From contig NC_043002.1 in the NCBI RefSeq assembly GCF_006345805.1, forward strand, positions 868,001 to 932,000: 64,000 bases of DNA, read 5' to 3'. Positions 38,025 to 51,900 of this stretch are shown piece after piece. The notes beneath the pieces were generated by a model. That model searched no databases. It worked only from the letters and a program-made list of their open reading frames with translations, and had not been told where the DNA came from. This stretch comes from Octopus sinensis. Taxonomy: Eukaryota. The position numbers were made by a program, and so were the translations under genes. The number at the start of each line of letters is the position of its first letter. The stretch's first letter is position 1.

Positions 38025-38800
38025 GACAGGCTTCTTTCAGTTTCCGTCTACCAAATCCACAAGGCATTGGTCGGCCTGGGGCTATAGCAGAAGACACTTG
38101 CCCAAGATGCCACGCAGTGGGACTGAAACCGGAACCATGTGGTTGGTTAGCAAGCTACTTACCACACAGCCACTCCTGCGCCTCATTATGTTTAATAAAC
38201 ATCTTCAGAATGATTCGAGGGAAAAGAAAGAAAAAGAAAAAAGTGCATTAAATCTTTAGGCTTATATTTTAGTGACTTGTATAGTTCCACATGTTTGTAG
38301 ATTCCTTCATTAGATGCATGTAGCAGTAAGTGGGGACAGTGGCTATTTGACCAGTGGTGTTGGCCGAAAGATTTATACCTGGTGGGGATATCCGGTGTTG
38401 TTATTAGTAATAAGTATCACTAATTTGTGACTTCTAAGTTAGTCCCTATGATGACAAAGGAAGCCCTTGTTAAGAACTAAGGATGCTATTTAAAATTTGT
38501 ATGACATAGTGTATACATGTGAGCTATGTAAAGGAATAGGAAAGAGAGTTGAAGAGTAGATAAAAATCATAAAAATCAATAGAAATTACGTGTAATGTGA
38601 GTCGGTGGTCTAGCTTTCAAGTGAATTTGTTATAAAGGATTAATGCCCTAGTGTAACTATGGAGATTAAAATGCAAATTTACTCCGATTTGTTAAACAGA
38701 AACAGCTGTTAATTAAACAATGACATTTAAACACCAATGATCCACTTTGCTTTGTTAATTAATGCTCCATTTCTTATCTTCTCTATGTATATATATATAT

Positions 38801-41800
38801 TGGTTGGTTGGCATCCTTTCTGTCTCGGGAGACAATGGAGTTGCACATGAAGTAGTCTAGTCTGGCTTTTTTATTTCATGTCCTGATACATTTCCTGCTG
38901 TGGCTGTGTAGTCCTATCCTGGACAAACACTCCCTCTGGCAGGTACCGCAAATGTAGCGAAGACTGTTCCTGGCTGGTTGTAGTGCCATAGTCTCTTGTT
39001 TACGTCTCTTCCTTTCTTTCCATTTCTCCTCTCTCTCTCTCTGTCACTCCTTTGTATTCCCTCTTTTACGGTACGTCGCCATTCTCCACGGTTGCCGGCA
39101 ACTGCCTCCCAACCGCTAATATTGATGTTGCAGGCCTTCATGTCCCTTTTGCAAACATCCCTTGTAACGTAAGATCGGTCTACCCACAGACCTAGTACCC
39201 CTAGCAAGCTCTCCGTAGAGTATGTCCTTGGGGATTCTGCCATCTTTCATACGGCTAACATGCCCAAGCCATCTCATACGTCTTTGTGTGAGGAGTGCAG
39301 ACATGCTTGGTATTCCTGCTTGCCTGAGGACATCTTTGTTGGGGATATGATTCTGCCGTTTGATGCGGAGGATTTTTCGGAGGCAGCGCAGGCGAAAGAT
39401 GTTTAGGCGACGCTCTTGGCGTGTGTATAGCGTCCAGGTCTCACTTCCATACAGTAGAGTGCTGAGTATACATGCCTGGTAGATCTTCATTTTCGTGGTC
39501 TTGGTCAGCTTATTGTTGTCCCAAGCCCGTTTGGAGAGTTGGCCCATCGCAGCAGCTGCCTTGCCAATGCGTATATTGAGCTCAGTGTCAAGGGATAGGT
39601 TGTAGGTGACGGTAGAGCCCAGATAGGTAAACTTCTCCACCTCTTGTAATCTGTGGTCTCCAATATGTATGTTTGGGATGTCCGATGTAGCCTGGCCCAT
39701 GATGTTGGTCTTCTTGAGGCTGATAGCTAAGCCAAAGTCGTTACATGCTTGCTCAAAACAGTTAATGAGCCTTTGGAGGGCTTCTTCTGTGTGTGTTACC
39801 AGAGCGGCATCATCAGCAAATAACATCTCCTTGATCAGGACGTTTCTGATTTTGGTCTTGGCACGCAGGCGCGAGAGATTGAACAGTTTCCCGTCACTTC
39901 TACTGTGCAGAAACACTCCATCATCTGATGTCTGAAAGGCATGTGAAAGTAGGAGCGAGAAGAAGATGCCAAACAATGTAGGAGCGAGGACACAACCTTG
40001 CTTTACCCTGTTTTTTATTTGGAAGGCGGCTGATGTTGAACCGTTGTACTGTATGGTGCCTTGCATGTCATCATGGAAAGACTTGATGATCCTCAGCAGC
40101 TTTGGTGGACATCCGATTTTTTGGAGCAGGATGAAGAGGCCTGTTCTGCTTACCGAGTCAAAAGCCTTTGTTAGATCAATGAAGGCCATATATAATGGCA
40201 TTTTCTGCTCTCTGGACTTCTCCTGAAGTTGGCGTATGGAGAATATCATATCGATAGTTGATCTGCTTCTTCTAAAGCCACACTGCGATTCCGGATAGAT
40301 TCGAGAAGCAAGTAGTTGTAGCCTGGCCAGGATAACGCGGGCAAAGGTCTTTCCAACAGTGCTTAGAAGGGATATACCACGGTAATTGTTACAATCACCA
40401 TGGTCACCTTTGTTTTTGTAAAGTGTAATGATGTTAGCATCCCGCATATCCTGAGGGACTGTACTCTCTTCCCAGCACTGACACAGAAGCTCATGAAGGT
40501 GCCGAAGCAGGATGGTGTTTTTGCCGACTTTGATGATCTCTGAGGGGATGCCGTCTTTTCCCGGAGCCTTATTTCTTGCTAGGGAGTCAACAACCTTGGT
40601 GAGCTCTGCTATAGATGGCGGACTGTCAAGTTCGCACATGACTGGCAAGATCTTGACACTCTCGACTGCAGCCTCAGCCACTGTGGTCTCCCGTGAGTAG
40701 AGATCCTGGTAGTGCTCCACCCATCTATCCATTTGCTTGCCTTGATCCCTGATGAGATCTCCAGTAGTTGATTTCAGAGGGGCTGACTTGGTTGTGGATG
40801 GACCGAGGGCCTTCTTCAAACCGGCATACATCCCACAGGTGTCGCCCCTGTCAGCAGCTGACTGGATACTCTGACAGATTTCCTGCCAATACCTATTTGC
40901 ACAGTGTCTGGCTGTCAGTTGGGTTTTATTTCGTGCCTTTCTGAGTTCTTCGAGTGACTTTGTAGAAGTGTCACTCTTGAATTGCACCAGAGCTGCACGC
41001 TTTGCATCGATAACTGGCTCCATCTCTGAGAGCCCAGCATTGAACCAATCTGGGTTTTGCCTTTCTCTCATGCCGAAAGTATCCAATGATGTCGTATACA
41101 AGGCTTCCCTGATATAGTCCCACCTACTTTCAGCAGAGGAGGTTGGGCAGCTACTGAGGGCAACCTTGATAGAAGCAGCAAAACATTTTCGCAGTGTAGG
41201 GTCCGAGGTTCTGGCGGTGTTGATGCGTGGTCGGCCCACTTTCTTGGAGTGATGGACTTTTTTAGGCAGAATCCTCACCCTGATTCTAATTAGTGAGTGG
41301 TCTGTGTCACAATCCGCGCTGTGGTAACTGCGGGTCAATAGAGTAGAATTCAGAAAGGATCTCCGTGTAATGATGAGATCCAGCTGATGCCAGTGGTGAG
41401 ATCTTGGATGTCTCCAGGATGCCTTGTGGGATGGCTTGTTGGTAAAGAATGTGTTTGTGATGCACAGGTTGTGGTATGTGCAGAATTCGAGTAGTCTCTG
41501 ACCATTGTCATTCATGTTGCCAATACCAAAGTGTCCAACACAAATGGGCCACGAATCATGGTCAGATCCCACGCGAGCGTTAAAATCCCCTAGAAGGTAG
41601 ATATTTTCAGTCGTTGGTATATTTTCTATGACACAGTTGAGATCTTTGTAGAACTGGTCCTTGGTCTCCTCTGAGCTGTAGAGAGTGGGAGCATAGATGC
41701 TGAGTAGATGTACTGAGCCAGAAGAAGTCGAGAGGCGCAGTGAGAGGATACACTCAGTGCCTCCTGATGGTGGTTCTATTGAGGAGAGTAGTGAGTTTCT

Positions 41801-42665
41801 CACTGCAAAGCCAACGCCATGTTGACGAGGTTCTTCTGGATCTCTTCCCTGCCAAAAGAAGGTGAAATCCTGCTCTTTGAGTTTGCTGTTTGAGGGAAGT
41901 CTTGTCTCCTGCAGCCCAGCAATATCTATGTTGAGCCTCTTTAGTTCATGGTCAATGATGGCCGTTTTCCTTGTGTCTTCAATCCTGAGAAGATATCAGA
42001 TATTCCAGGACACATGGTCCTGACATTCAGCTTGCCACACGCAGAACTGGTGTTTTCTTGACTTTTAGTTGCTTGCCTGGTGCAGAGGTTGCAGGCCACT
42101 TTTCGAGTCATACTCTTAGCTCCAAGCACCCAATGGAGCAGGCGGCTTGTGGCGGGTCAGCACCTTATTAACTGGGGGCTGCCCAGCTTGAGGTGGGCAG
42201 TAGCTAACCAATAGGACACGGAGGTCCCTCCCACCGTCAGAGGTAACCTGTTGCGCCCATATTTTACGCCAATCTGAATGGACTTATCACTCGTGACTGT
42301 TACCTCCCGTGTTGTTTCTGCAGCTTTTTACAGCAGCACTGAAGTGTCCTCTCCAGTTTTGCGCAGGCCTGGGCTATAGATAAGAAAGTCCTGGGTAGCC
42401 CAATCGTCAGGTTTCCTCTCTCGACCTTGCTGATGTAGTCCAGTGGAGTGCAGTGCATTACGTTTGGCACCAGCTTGGTTGCAGGAGCTGCCGGAAGAGT
42501 GTCGAGTCGAACACTAGACCGCCTTTGGGGCTCCACTCCGGATTTCTTTGAAGGTTGTCTCCTTTCCGTAACCCTGGATAGGGGCCCATACCAGGTACTG
42601 TCAGCCGGAGCCAGCTGAGCCTGGAACTCGTGTCAGGCAGGGTCGTCACTCCCTGAAGTAGTGAA
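38801..42665 (-). mobile_element. Near-intact full-length RTE/BovB-like LINE
   Basis: Frame open from 41995 to 39116 (APE: LQETRL, GDFNARVG, WHQLDLII; RT: FIDLTKAFDSV, KQGCVLAPTLF, LFADDAAL, FTYLGS; RMRWLGHVSRM). ~550-bp 5' region and (CAAC)n tail at 38801. Three 1-nt indels at about 42030, 41997 and 39165. 5' boundary approximate. Confidence 0.95.
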
Positions 42666-42795
42666 GAAGTTCGCTACCCACTACCTTTTCAAGTAATGTT
42701 AAATTATTATTTTATATATATATTATATATATATATATAATAGATAGATAGATATGTATATATATGTATTCTTGTCCCATTTTTTGTATTCTTTA

Positions 42796-43158
42796 GGAGT
42801 GGCTGTGTGGTAAGTAGCTTGCTAACCAACCACACGGTTGCGAGTTCAGTCCAACTGCGTGGCATCTTGGGCAAGTGTCTTCTGCTATAGCCCCGGGCCG
42901 ACCAATGCCTTGTGAGTGGATTTGGTAGACGGAAACTGAAAGAAGCCTGTCTATATATGTATATATATATATATTTGTGTGTGTTTGTGTGTCTGTGTTG
43001 TTCCCCCTAGCATTGCTTGACAACCGATGCTGGTGTGTTTACGTCCCCGTCACTTAGCGGTTCGGCAAAAAGAGACCGATAGAATAAGTACTAAAAGGTG
43101 GTGCTCCAGCATGGCCGCAGTCAAATGACTGAAACAAGTAAAAGAGTAAAAGAGAGAA
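42796..43158 (+). mobile_element. CORE-type tRNA SINE, near complete
   Basis: ggagtggctgtgtggtaag A box, gagttcagtcc B box, catcttgggcaagtgtcttc CORE, central TA/TG tract, ends gaaacaagtaaaagagtaaaagag. Confidence 0.88.
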
Positions 43159-43173
43159 TATATATATATATAT

Positions 43174-43206
<33 letters not shown>

Positions 43207-44163
43207 CCACTAGAATAAGAATAGCTTGGTCAAAGTTTAGGAAGCTTCTCCCCCTACTGGCGACAAAGGGTCTCTCGCTCAGAGTGAAAAGTAGGTTGTA
43301 CGAAGCATGTGTGCGAACTATCATGCTTCATGGCAGTGAAACGTGACTGCGGAGGATATGTGTAGGCTTGAAAGAAATGAAGCTAGCATGATCCGCTGGA
43401 TGTGTAATGTCAGTGTCCATGCATGACAGTGTGTAAGCGTCCTGAGAGAAATGTTGGGCATAAGAAGCATTGGATGCAGCGTGCAGGAGAGACGATTGCA
43501 TTGGTACGGTCATGTACTAAGGATGAACGAGGAGAGATATATGAAGAAGTGCCACTCCTAAACTGTTGAAGGAACCCGGGGTAGAGGTAGACCCAGGAAG
43601 ACATGGGATGAGGTGGTCAAGCATGACAGTCGTACTTTGAGCCTCACAGAGGCTATGACGAAAGACTGAGACCTCTGGAGATATTCTGTGACTTTGAAGA
43701 CCCAACAAATAAAGTGAATTCATGGCTCGCAGGACGACCTGCTGTGCTAACCTTGGATCGTAGAGTGACCCGCTGTTCTTGAAGAGACCTGTTGAGTCAG
43801 GTTCGTCAACATCAAAAATTCGAATGGTAATTGTAGTTAAGACACCAGTGCTGGTGACACATAAAAGCACCGTTTGAGCGTGGCAGTTACTAGCGTCACC
43901 TAACTGGCGTCCGTGTCGGGGATACATAAAATCACCAACTAATCGTGGCCGTTTGCAAGCCTTCGCTGGCTCCTGTGCCGGTGGCATGTAAAAAGCACCC
44001 ACTATACTCACGGAGTGGTTGGCGTTAGGAAGGGCATCCAGCTGTGGAAGCACTGCCAGATCAGACTGGAGCCTGGTGCAGCCTCCATGGCTTACCAGAC
44101 CCCGGTCGAACCACCCAAACCATGCTAGCATGGAAAAGGACGTTAAATGAAAATGATAATGAT
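43207..44163 (+). mobile_element. 5'-truncated RTE-A LINE in a (TA)n tract
   Basis: TTRIRIAWSKFRKLLPLLATKGLSLRVK.., 3' UTR units, tail. Confidence 0.85.
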
Positions 44164-44164
44164 A

Positions 44165-44209
<45 letters not shown>

Positions 44210-44378
44210 CTATGTATGTGTGTGTGTGTGTCTATGTATGTGTGTGTGTGTGTCTATGTATGTGTGTGTGTGTGTCTATGTATGTGTGTGTGTGTCTATG
44301 TATATGTGTGTGTGTGTGTGTGTCTATGTATATATGTGTATGTATATGTATATATATATGTGTATGTATATATGTATG

Positions 44379-44423
<45 letters not shown>

Positions 44424-44820
44424 GTATGTATATGTATGTATGTGTATATATATGTATGTATATGTATGTATGTGTATATATATGTATGTATATGTATGTA
44501 TGTGTATATATATGTATGTATATGTATGTATGTGTATATATATGTATGTATATGTATGTATGTGTATATATATGTATGTATATGTATGTATGTGTATAAA
44601 ATGTATGTATGTATAGATTGTATGTGGTGGATGATGTAGTATGATGTAGTGGATAGGTAATGTACATGTGTATATATGGCTGTAGTAGCTTATGTATGTG
44701 TATATATATGTAGTATATGATGTATGGTAATATATATCTATGTATGTATGTGTAATATATGTATGTATATATGTATGTATATATGTATGTATATATATAT
44801 ATGAATATATATGTATATAT
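44165..44820. repeat. Compound TA/TG microsatellite with a 30-bp higher-order unit
   Basis: tatgtatgtatgtgtatatatatgtatgta repeated at about 44411-44595. Confidence 0.9.
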
Positions 44821-44886
44821 ATATGTATGCTAGCATGGACAACGGACGTTAAACGATGATGATGATATATATATATATCATCATCC

Positions 44887-44924
<38 letters not shown>

Positions 44925-44927
44925 TGT

Positions 44928-47829
44928 ATCAGGACTAGGAGGACAACCAGAAGACGACAAATATGGAGAAGAAGGATCTGGAAGCTTAAAGATCCTGCAA
45001 ATGGGCAGAGATTTAGGGACATATTACTTGAAGCCTCTGACGAAGTAGAAGGGGATAGAGCATCACAGGGGGTAGAAGACAGCTGGACGTTTCTAAGGGA
45101 CAACCTGCTGAGAGCCACTGACCAGATCTGTGGCTGGTGCAAAGTCCCCTCTCGACCTAGAATAACGTGGTGGTGGAACAATATTGTAGACAGGGCTATT
45201 AGAGAAAAGAGAGGCTTGGAAGGTCTGGAAAAATGGGGGTAGCAGGGAATTGTATCAGACTGCCAAAAGAGAAGCTAGGAGACAGGTTTATTTAGCCAGA
45301 GGGGAAGCAGATAAGAAAAATTTGCCAATGTTCTGCGCCGTGAGGACCAAAGACTGGAGGTGTTTCGTGTTGCAAGACAGTGTTTGAGAGAGAATCGTGA
45401 TGTGGTAGGAGAGAAGTGTGTTCGCATGGAAGATGGTTCACTTGCGCTAAATGAGGATGCAAAGAGAGAGGTTTGGAGATGCCACTATGAAAGGTTGCTG
45501 AATGAAGAAAATGAATGGGATAAAGAGAGTCTGCCGAATGTTGACCCAACAGAGGGACCAGCTATCCGAGTTGATAGTTCTGTGGTAGCTAAGGCAATTA
45601 GAAGCATGAAGACAGGGAAAGCCCCAGGCCCATCAGGAATCACTGCAGAGATGCTCAAAATGTCTGGTAGTGTCGGCTATAGCCTAGTCACCCATATAGT
45701 TAATCAGGTGATACACAAAGGGGTCATACCAATGACTGGTGTAGCAGTATAATAGTCAACTGCTACAAAGGTAAAGGTGATGCCCTAGATACAAATAACT
45801 ACAGAGGTATCAAGCTGTTGGACCAGGTGATGAAGGTTACGGAGAGGGTCATAGCCCAACTAATTAGAGAGAGAGTTAGTTTAGATGAGATGCAGTTTGG
45901 GTTTGTGCCAGGGAAAAGTACTACTGATGCTATATTCCTGGTAAGGCAGCTGCAGGAGAAATACCTAGCCAAAGATAAGCCCCTGTACCTGGCTTTTGTT
46001 GACATGGAGAAAGCCTTCGACAGGGTCCCCCGATCCCTTATCTGGTGGGCAATGAGAAAACTAGGGATAGATGAATGGTTAGTGAGAGCTGTGCGGGCCA
46101 TGTATAGGGACGCCGCTAGTAGGGTGAGGGTTGGAAATGAGTACAGTGAAGAATTCCGGGTAGAGGTAGGGTCCACCAAGGCTCAGTACTCAGCCCCCTC
46201 CTATTTATCATAGTCCTCCAGGCAATAACGGAGGAATTCAAGACAGGATGCCCTTGGGAGCTCCTCTATGCTGATGACCTTGCTCTAATTGCTGAGTCGC
46301 TATCAGAACTGGAGGAGAAGTTTCAGGTGTGGAAACAAGGATTAGAATCGAAGGGCCTCAGAGTCAATCTAGCTAAAACCAAAGTCGTAATCAGTAGGAA
46401 GGTAGACAAATCACAAACACCTTCAGGTAGATGGCCCTGCTCGATCTGTAGAAAAGGTGTAGGTAGAAACTCTATAAGATGCACCAAGTGTAAGCTATGG
46501 ACACATAAGAGATGCAGCAATGTCAAAGGAAGGCTAACTAGGAAGATGGTTTTTGTATGTGGCAGATGCTCAGGAACAATAAACACTGAAAATGCTCTGA
46601 GACCAACTTCCGTCACTTTCCAGGGGAAAAACTAGAAATAGTTGATAGTTTCCGTTACCTAGGTGACCAAGTCAGCAGCGGGGTGGTGTGCTGAAAGTGT
46701 AACTGCTAGAGTAAGAATAGCTTGGCAAAGTTCAGAGAGCTCTTACCTCTGCTGGTGACAAAAGGCCTCTCGCACAGAGTGAAAGGCAGACTGTATGATG
46801 CGTGTGTACGAACAGCCATGCTACATGGCAGTGAAACATGGGCCGTGACTGCTGAGGATATGCGTAAGCTCGCTAGAAATGAAGCCAGTATGCTCCGATG
46901 GATGTGTAATGCCGGTACTCACACTCGGCAGAGTGTAAGTACCTTGAGAGAAAAGCTGGACCTAAGAAGCATCAGTTGTGGTGTGCAAGAGAGACGTTTG
47001 CGCTGGTATGGTCATGTGGCGAGAATGGATGAAGATAGTTGTGTGAAAAAGTGCCACACCCTAGCGGTTGAGGGAACCTGTGGAAGAGGCAGACCCAGGA
47101 AACCTGGGACGAGGTGGTGAAGCACGACCTTCGAACTTTAGGTCTCACTGAGGAAATGACTAGAGACCGAGACCTCTGGAAGTGTGCTGTGCGCGAGAAG
47201 ACCCGGCAGGACAAGTGAGTCCACAACCCGTGGCCTTCTACATGGGATGGAGCCAGCCTACGTATGCATACCTTCCCTTCTTGGGACACAAAACTCTACT
47301 TGTGAAGACGTGTTGAGGCAAGTGAGGATCAGAATCGAAATCGATCAATGGAAATTGCGGATGTGCTACCAGTGCCGGTGGCATGTCGAAACTCTGCTTG
47401 TGAAGACCCATTGAGGCAAGTGAGGATCAGAATCGAAATCGATCAATGGAAATCGATCAATGGAAATTGCAGATGTGTTACCAGTGCCGGTGGCATGTAA
47501 GAGAACTTTCCGTTTCGCGACCGTTGCCAGCACCGCCCCGTTTCGTGTCCGTTGCCAGCCTCGCCTGGCCCTCGTGCCGGTGGCACATAAAAAGCACCAT
47601 CCGTTCGTGGCCGTTTGCCAGCTCTGTCTGGCACCAGTGCGGGTGGCACGTAAAAAGCACCCACTACACTCACGGAGTGGTTGGCGTTAGGAAGGGCATC
47701 CAGCCGTAGAAACACTGCCAGATTTGACTGGGCCTGATGAAGCCTTCTGGCTTCACAGACCCCAGTAGAACCGTCCACCCATGCTAGCATGGAAAACGGA
47801 CGCTAAATGATGATGATGATGATGATGAT
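44928..47829 (+). mobile_element. Young 5'-truncated RTE-A LINE (post-EN to tail)
   Basis: WRRRIWKLKDP.., FVDMEKAFDRV, LLYADDL intact, PHD insert, RLRWYGHV, (GAT)n tail; lesions seen are 1-nt deletions in homopolymer runs. Confidence 0.93.
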
Positions 47830-48534
47830 GTATGTATATATGTGTTATATATAGGATATATGTAGTATATATGTTATATATATGTATATATGGTATGTAT
47901 TATCTGTATGTATGTATATATGTATGTATGTATATATGGATGTATTATGTATGTATATAATCTATGTATATATATATGTATGTATATAGTATGTATATTA
48001 TGTATGTATATAGGATATGTGTATATATATATGTATATATATAGTAGGATATATATGTATCTATCTAGGTTATATAAATGTATATATATATATTATATAC
48101 TATATAGTATATATATATATATGTAGGTAGTATATATTATGTATATATATATATATGTAGTATTATATGTATATATAAATTACAATTATATGATGTATAA
48201 TATATGATGTATAGATATGTATTGTATATATGTATATATATATATGTTATGTATATATGTATATGTAATATGTAGTATATTATGTATATATATATGTATA
48301 TATTATATAATGTATATATATATGTATATATAGTATGTATATTATATGTATATATAATATACTATGTAGTATATATGATATATAGTATATATTATGTATA
48401 TGTATATATATAGTATATTATATATGTATATATATATGTATATATATATAGTATATAATGTATAGGTTATATATATGTATATGTAATATATATGTATATA
48501 TATATGTATATATATATGGTATCTATATATGTAT

Positions 48535-48566
<32 letters not shown>

Positions 48567-48968
48567 GTATATATATAGTCTATGTATATTTATATATAAT
48601 GTATATATATATGTATATATATGTATATATATATGTATATGTATTATATATATTATATATGTAATATATATGTATATGTATATATATGTATATGTATATA
48701 TATGTATATGATATATATTATATATGTATATATATATGTAATGTATATATATATATATGTATATATATATGTATATGTATATATATATATATGTATATAT
48801 ATATGTATAGTATATATATATATATGTATATATTATGTATAGTATAATATATGTATACTGTAATATAGTATATGTATATATATATATATGTATATATGTA
48901 TATATATATATATATGTATATATATATTATATATATGTATATATGTATATATATATGTATATGTATAT
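47830..48968. repeat. ~1.1-kb degenerate (TA)/(TATG) microsatellite
   Basis: Almost only A/T/G with irregular indels; separates the two tail-to-tail LINEs. Confidence 0.9.
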
Positions 48969-51900
48969 ATCATCATATCATCATTTAGCGTCCGTTCTCC
49001 ATGCTAGCCTGGGTTGGACGGTTCAACTGGGGTCTGTGAAGCTGGAAGGCTTCATCAGGCCCAGTCAGATCTGGCAGTGTTTCTACGGCTGGATGCCGTT
49101 CCTAACGCCAGTGTAGTGGGTGCTTTTTACGTGCCACCTGCACAGGTGCCAGACGGAGCTGGCAAACGGCCACGAACGGATGGTGCTTTTACGTGTCACC
49201 GGCACGGGGCCAGGCGAGGCTGGCAACGGACACGAACGGATGGTGCTTTTACGTGCCACCAACACGGGGGCAAGAAGAGCTGGCAAACGGCCATGAAACG
49301 GATGGTGCTTTTTACGTGTCACCACCGGCACGGGGGCCAGGCGAGGCTGGCAACGGGCACGAACGGATGGTGCTTTTACATGTCACCGACATGGGGGCCA
49401 GACAGGGCTGGCAAACGCCACGAACGGATGATGCTTTTACGTGTCACCGGCACGGGGGCCAGACAGAGCTGGCAAACGGCCACAAACGGATGGTGCTTTT
49501 TACGTGTCACCGGCACGGGGGCCAGGCCATGCTGGCAACGAACACGAACGGATGGTGCTTTTACGTGCCACCGACACGGGGGCCAGACAGGGCTGGCAAA
49601 CGGTACGACGGATGGTACTTTTACGTTGTCACCTGCACGGGGCCCTGATGTTGATCGACCTCAATTTGGTTTGATCTTGATTTTGACTGTTCTCACTGGT
49701 CTTGCCGGTTTTCTCACGCACAGCATACCTGCAAAGGTCTCGGTCACTGGTCTTCCTTGGTGAGACCTAAAGTTCGAAGGTCGTGCTTCACCGCCTCGAC
49801 CCAGTTTTCCTGGTCTACTTCTTCCACAGGTCCCCTCAACTGCTAGAGTGTGGCACTTTCGCACACAACTATCTCAGCCATTCTCATCACATGACCATAC
49901 CACGCATACGTCTCTCTGTGCACACAATAACTGATGCTTTTAGGTTCAACTTTTCTCTCAAGGTACTTACACTCTGTCGATTATGAACAATGAGTTACAC
50001 ATCCATCGGAGCATACTAGCTTCATTTCCTGCGAGCTTACGCAAATCCTCAGCAGTCTCAGCCCAAGTTTCACTACCATGTAGCATGGCTGTACGTACAC
50101 ATGCATCATACAGTCTGCCTTTTACTTTGAGCGAGAGGCCTTTTGTCACCAGCAGGGGTAAGAGCTCTCTAAACTTTGCCCAGGCTATTCTTACTCTAGC
50201 AGTTATACTTTCAGTGCACCCGCCCCTGCTACTGACTTGGTCACCTAGGTAACGGAAACTATCAACCACTTCTAGCTTTTCTCCCTGGAAAGTGACGGAA
50301 GTTGGTCTCAGAGCATTTTCAGTGTTAATTGTTCCTGAGCATCTGCCACATACAAAAACCATCTTCCTAGTTAGCCTTCCTTTGACATTGCTGCACCTCT
50401 TATGTGTCCATAGCTTACACTTGGTGCATCTTATAGAGTTCTTACCAACGCCTTTTCTACAGCTCGAGCAGGGCCATCTACCTGAAGGTGTTTGTCATTT
50501 GCCTGCCTTCCTACTTATTAGGACTTTGGTTTTGGCTAGGTTGATTTTAAGGCCCTTCGATTCTAAACCTTGTTTCCATACCTGAAACTTCTCCTCTAGT
50601 CTCTGATAGAGACGCCGCAATAGAGCAAGGTCATCAGCATAGAGGAGCTCCCAGGGCATCCCTGTCTTGAATTCCTCCGTTATTGCCTGGAGGACTATGA
50701 TAAATAGGGGGGACTGAGGACTGAACCTTGGTGGACCCCCAACCTCTACCCTGATTCTTCACTGTACTCGGTGCCAACCCTCACCTACTACTAAGCAGCG
50801 TCTCTGTACATGGCTTGTACAGCTTTCACTAACCATTCATCTATCCCTTGGTTCCTCTTGACCACCAGATGAGGATCGGGGGACCCTGTCGAGGCTTTCT
50901 CCATATCAACAAAAGCCAGGTATAGGGGCTTGTCTTTGGCTAGGTATTTCTCTGCAGCTGCTTACCATGAAAATAGCATCAGTAGTACTTTTCCTGGCAC
51001 GAACCAAACTGCATCTGATCTAGGCTAACTCTCTCTCTAATTAGTTGGGCTATAACCCTCTCCGTAACCTTCATTACCTGGATCCAGCAGCTTGATACCC
51101 CTGTAGCTATTGTATCTAGGGCGTCACCTTTATCTTTGTAGCAGCTGACTATTATGCTGCTACACCAGTCATGGGAATGACTCCTTCGTGTATCACTGGT
51201 TAACTATATGGGTGTGACTAGGCTATAGCCGACACTACCAGATATTTTGAGCATCTCTGCAGTAATTCCTGATGGGCCTGGGGCTTTCCTGTTTTTCATG
51301 CTTTTAATTGCTCTATCTACTAAGGAACTGTCAACTCGGATTGCTGGTCCCTCTGTTGGGTCAACATTCGGCAGACTCTCTTTATCCCATTCATTTTCCT
51401 CATTCAGCAACCTTTCATAGTGGCTTCTCCAACCTCTCTCTTTGCATCCTCATTTAGCGCAAGTGAGCCGTCATCCGTGCGAACACATTTTTCTCCTACC
51501 ACGTCACGATTCTCTCTCACACACTGTCTTGCTATACGAAATACCTCAAGTTCTTTCATCCTCACGGCGCAGGACATTGGCAAATTTTTCCTATCTGCTT
51601 CCCCTCTGGCTAAATAAACCTGCCTCCTAGCTTCCCTTCTTGCAGTCTGATACAGTTCCCTGCTACCAACGTTCTTCCAGTCTTCCAAGCCTGTTTCTTT
51701 GTCTAATAGCCCTGTCAACAGTATGTTCCACCACCACGTTATTTTGGGTCTTGTGGGGACTTTGCACCAGCCACAGATTTGGTCAGTGGCTTTCAGCAGG
51801 TTGTCCCTTAGAAGCGCCCAGTTATCTTCTACCCCATGTGAGCTATGCCCCCTTCTATTTCGTCGAAGGCTTCAAGTAACATGTCTCTAAATCTCTGTCC

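Larger units (their letters stand above)
36172..38181 (-). mobile_element. CORE-type SINE split in its central microsatellite by the 1.5-kb palindrome
   Basis: 3' half at 36172-36395 and head/CORE half at 38021-38181 (..cttgcccaagatgccacgcagtgggactgaa..ccacacagccactcctgcgcc), both on the minus strand. Confidence 0.85.

Noticed and set aside
42590-42665. HDV-like ribozyme at the RTE 5' end
   Set aside because: A partial P1 (GGAGT/GCTCC followed by GG) is visible, but I could not fit P3/L3 or P2; this needs an RNArobo/Infernal search.
49110-49650. CRISPR-like repeat/spacer appearance
   Set aside because: The variable parts are homologous to each other, the array sits in a LINE 3' UTR and recurs in sister copies, the context is eukaryotic, and no cas genes are present.
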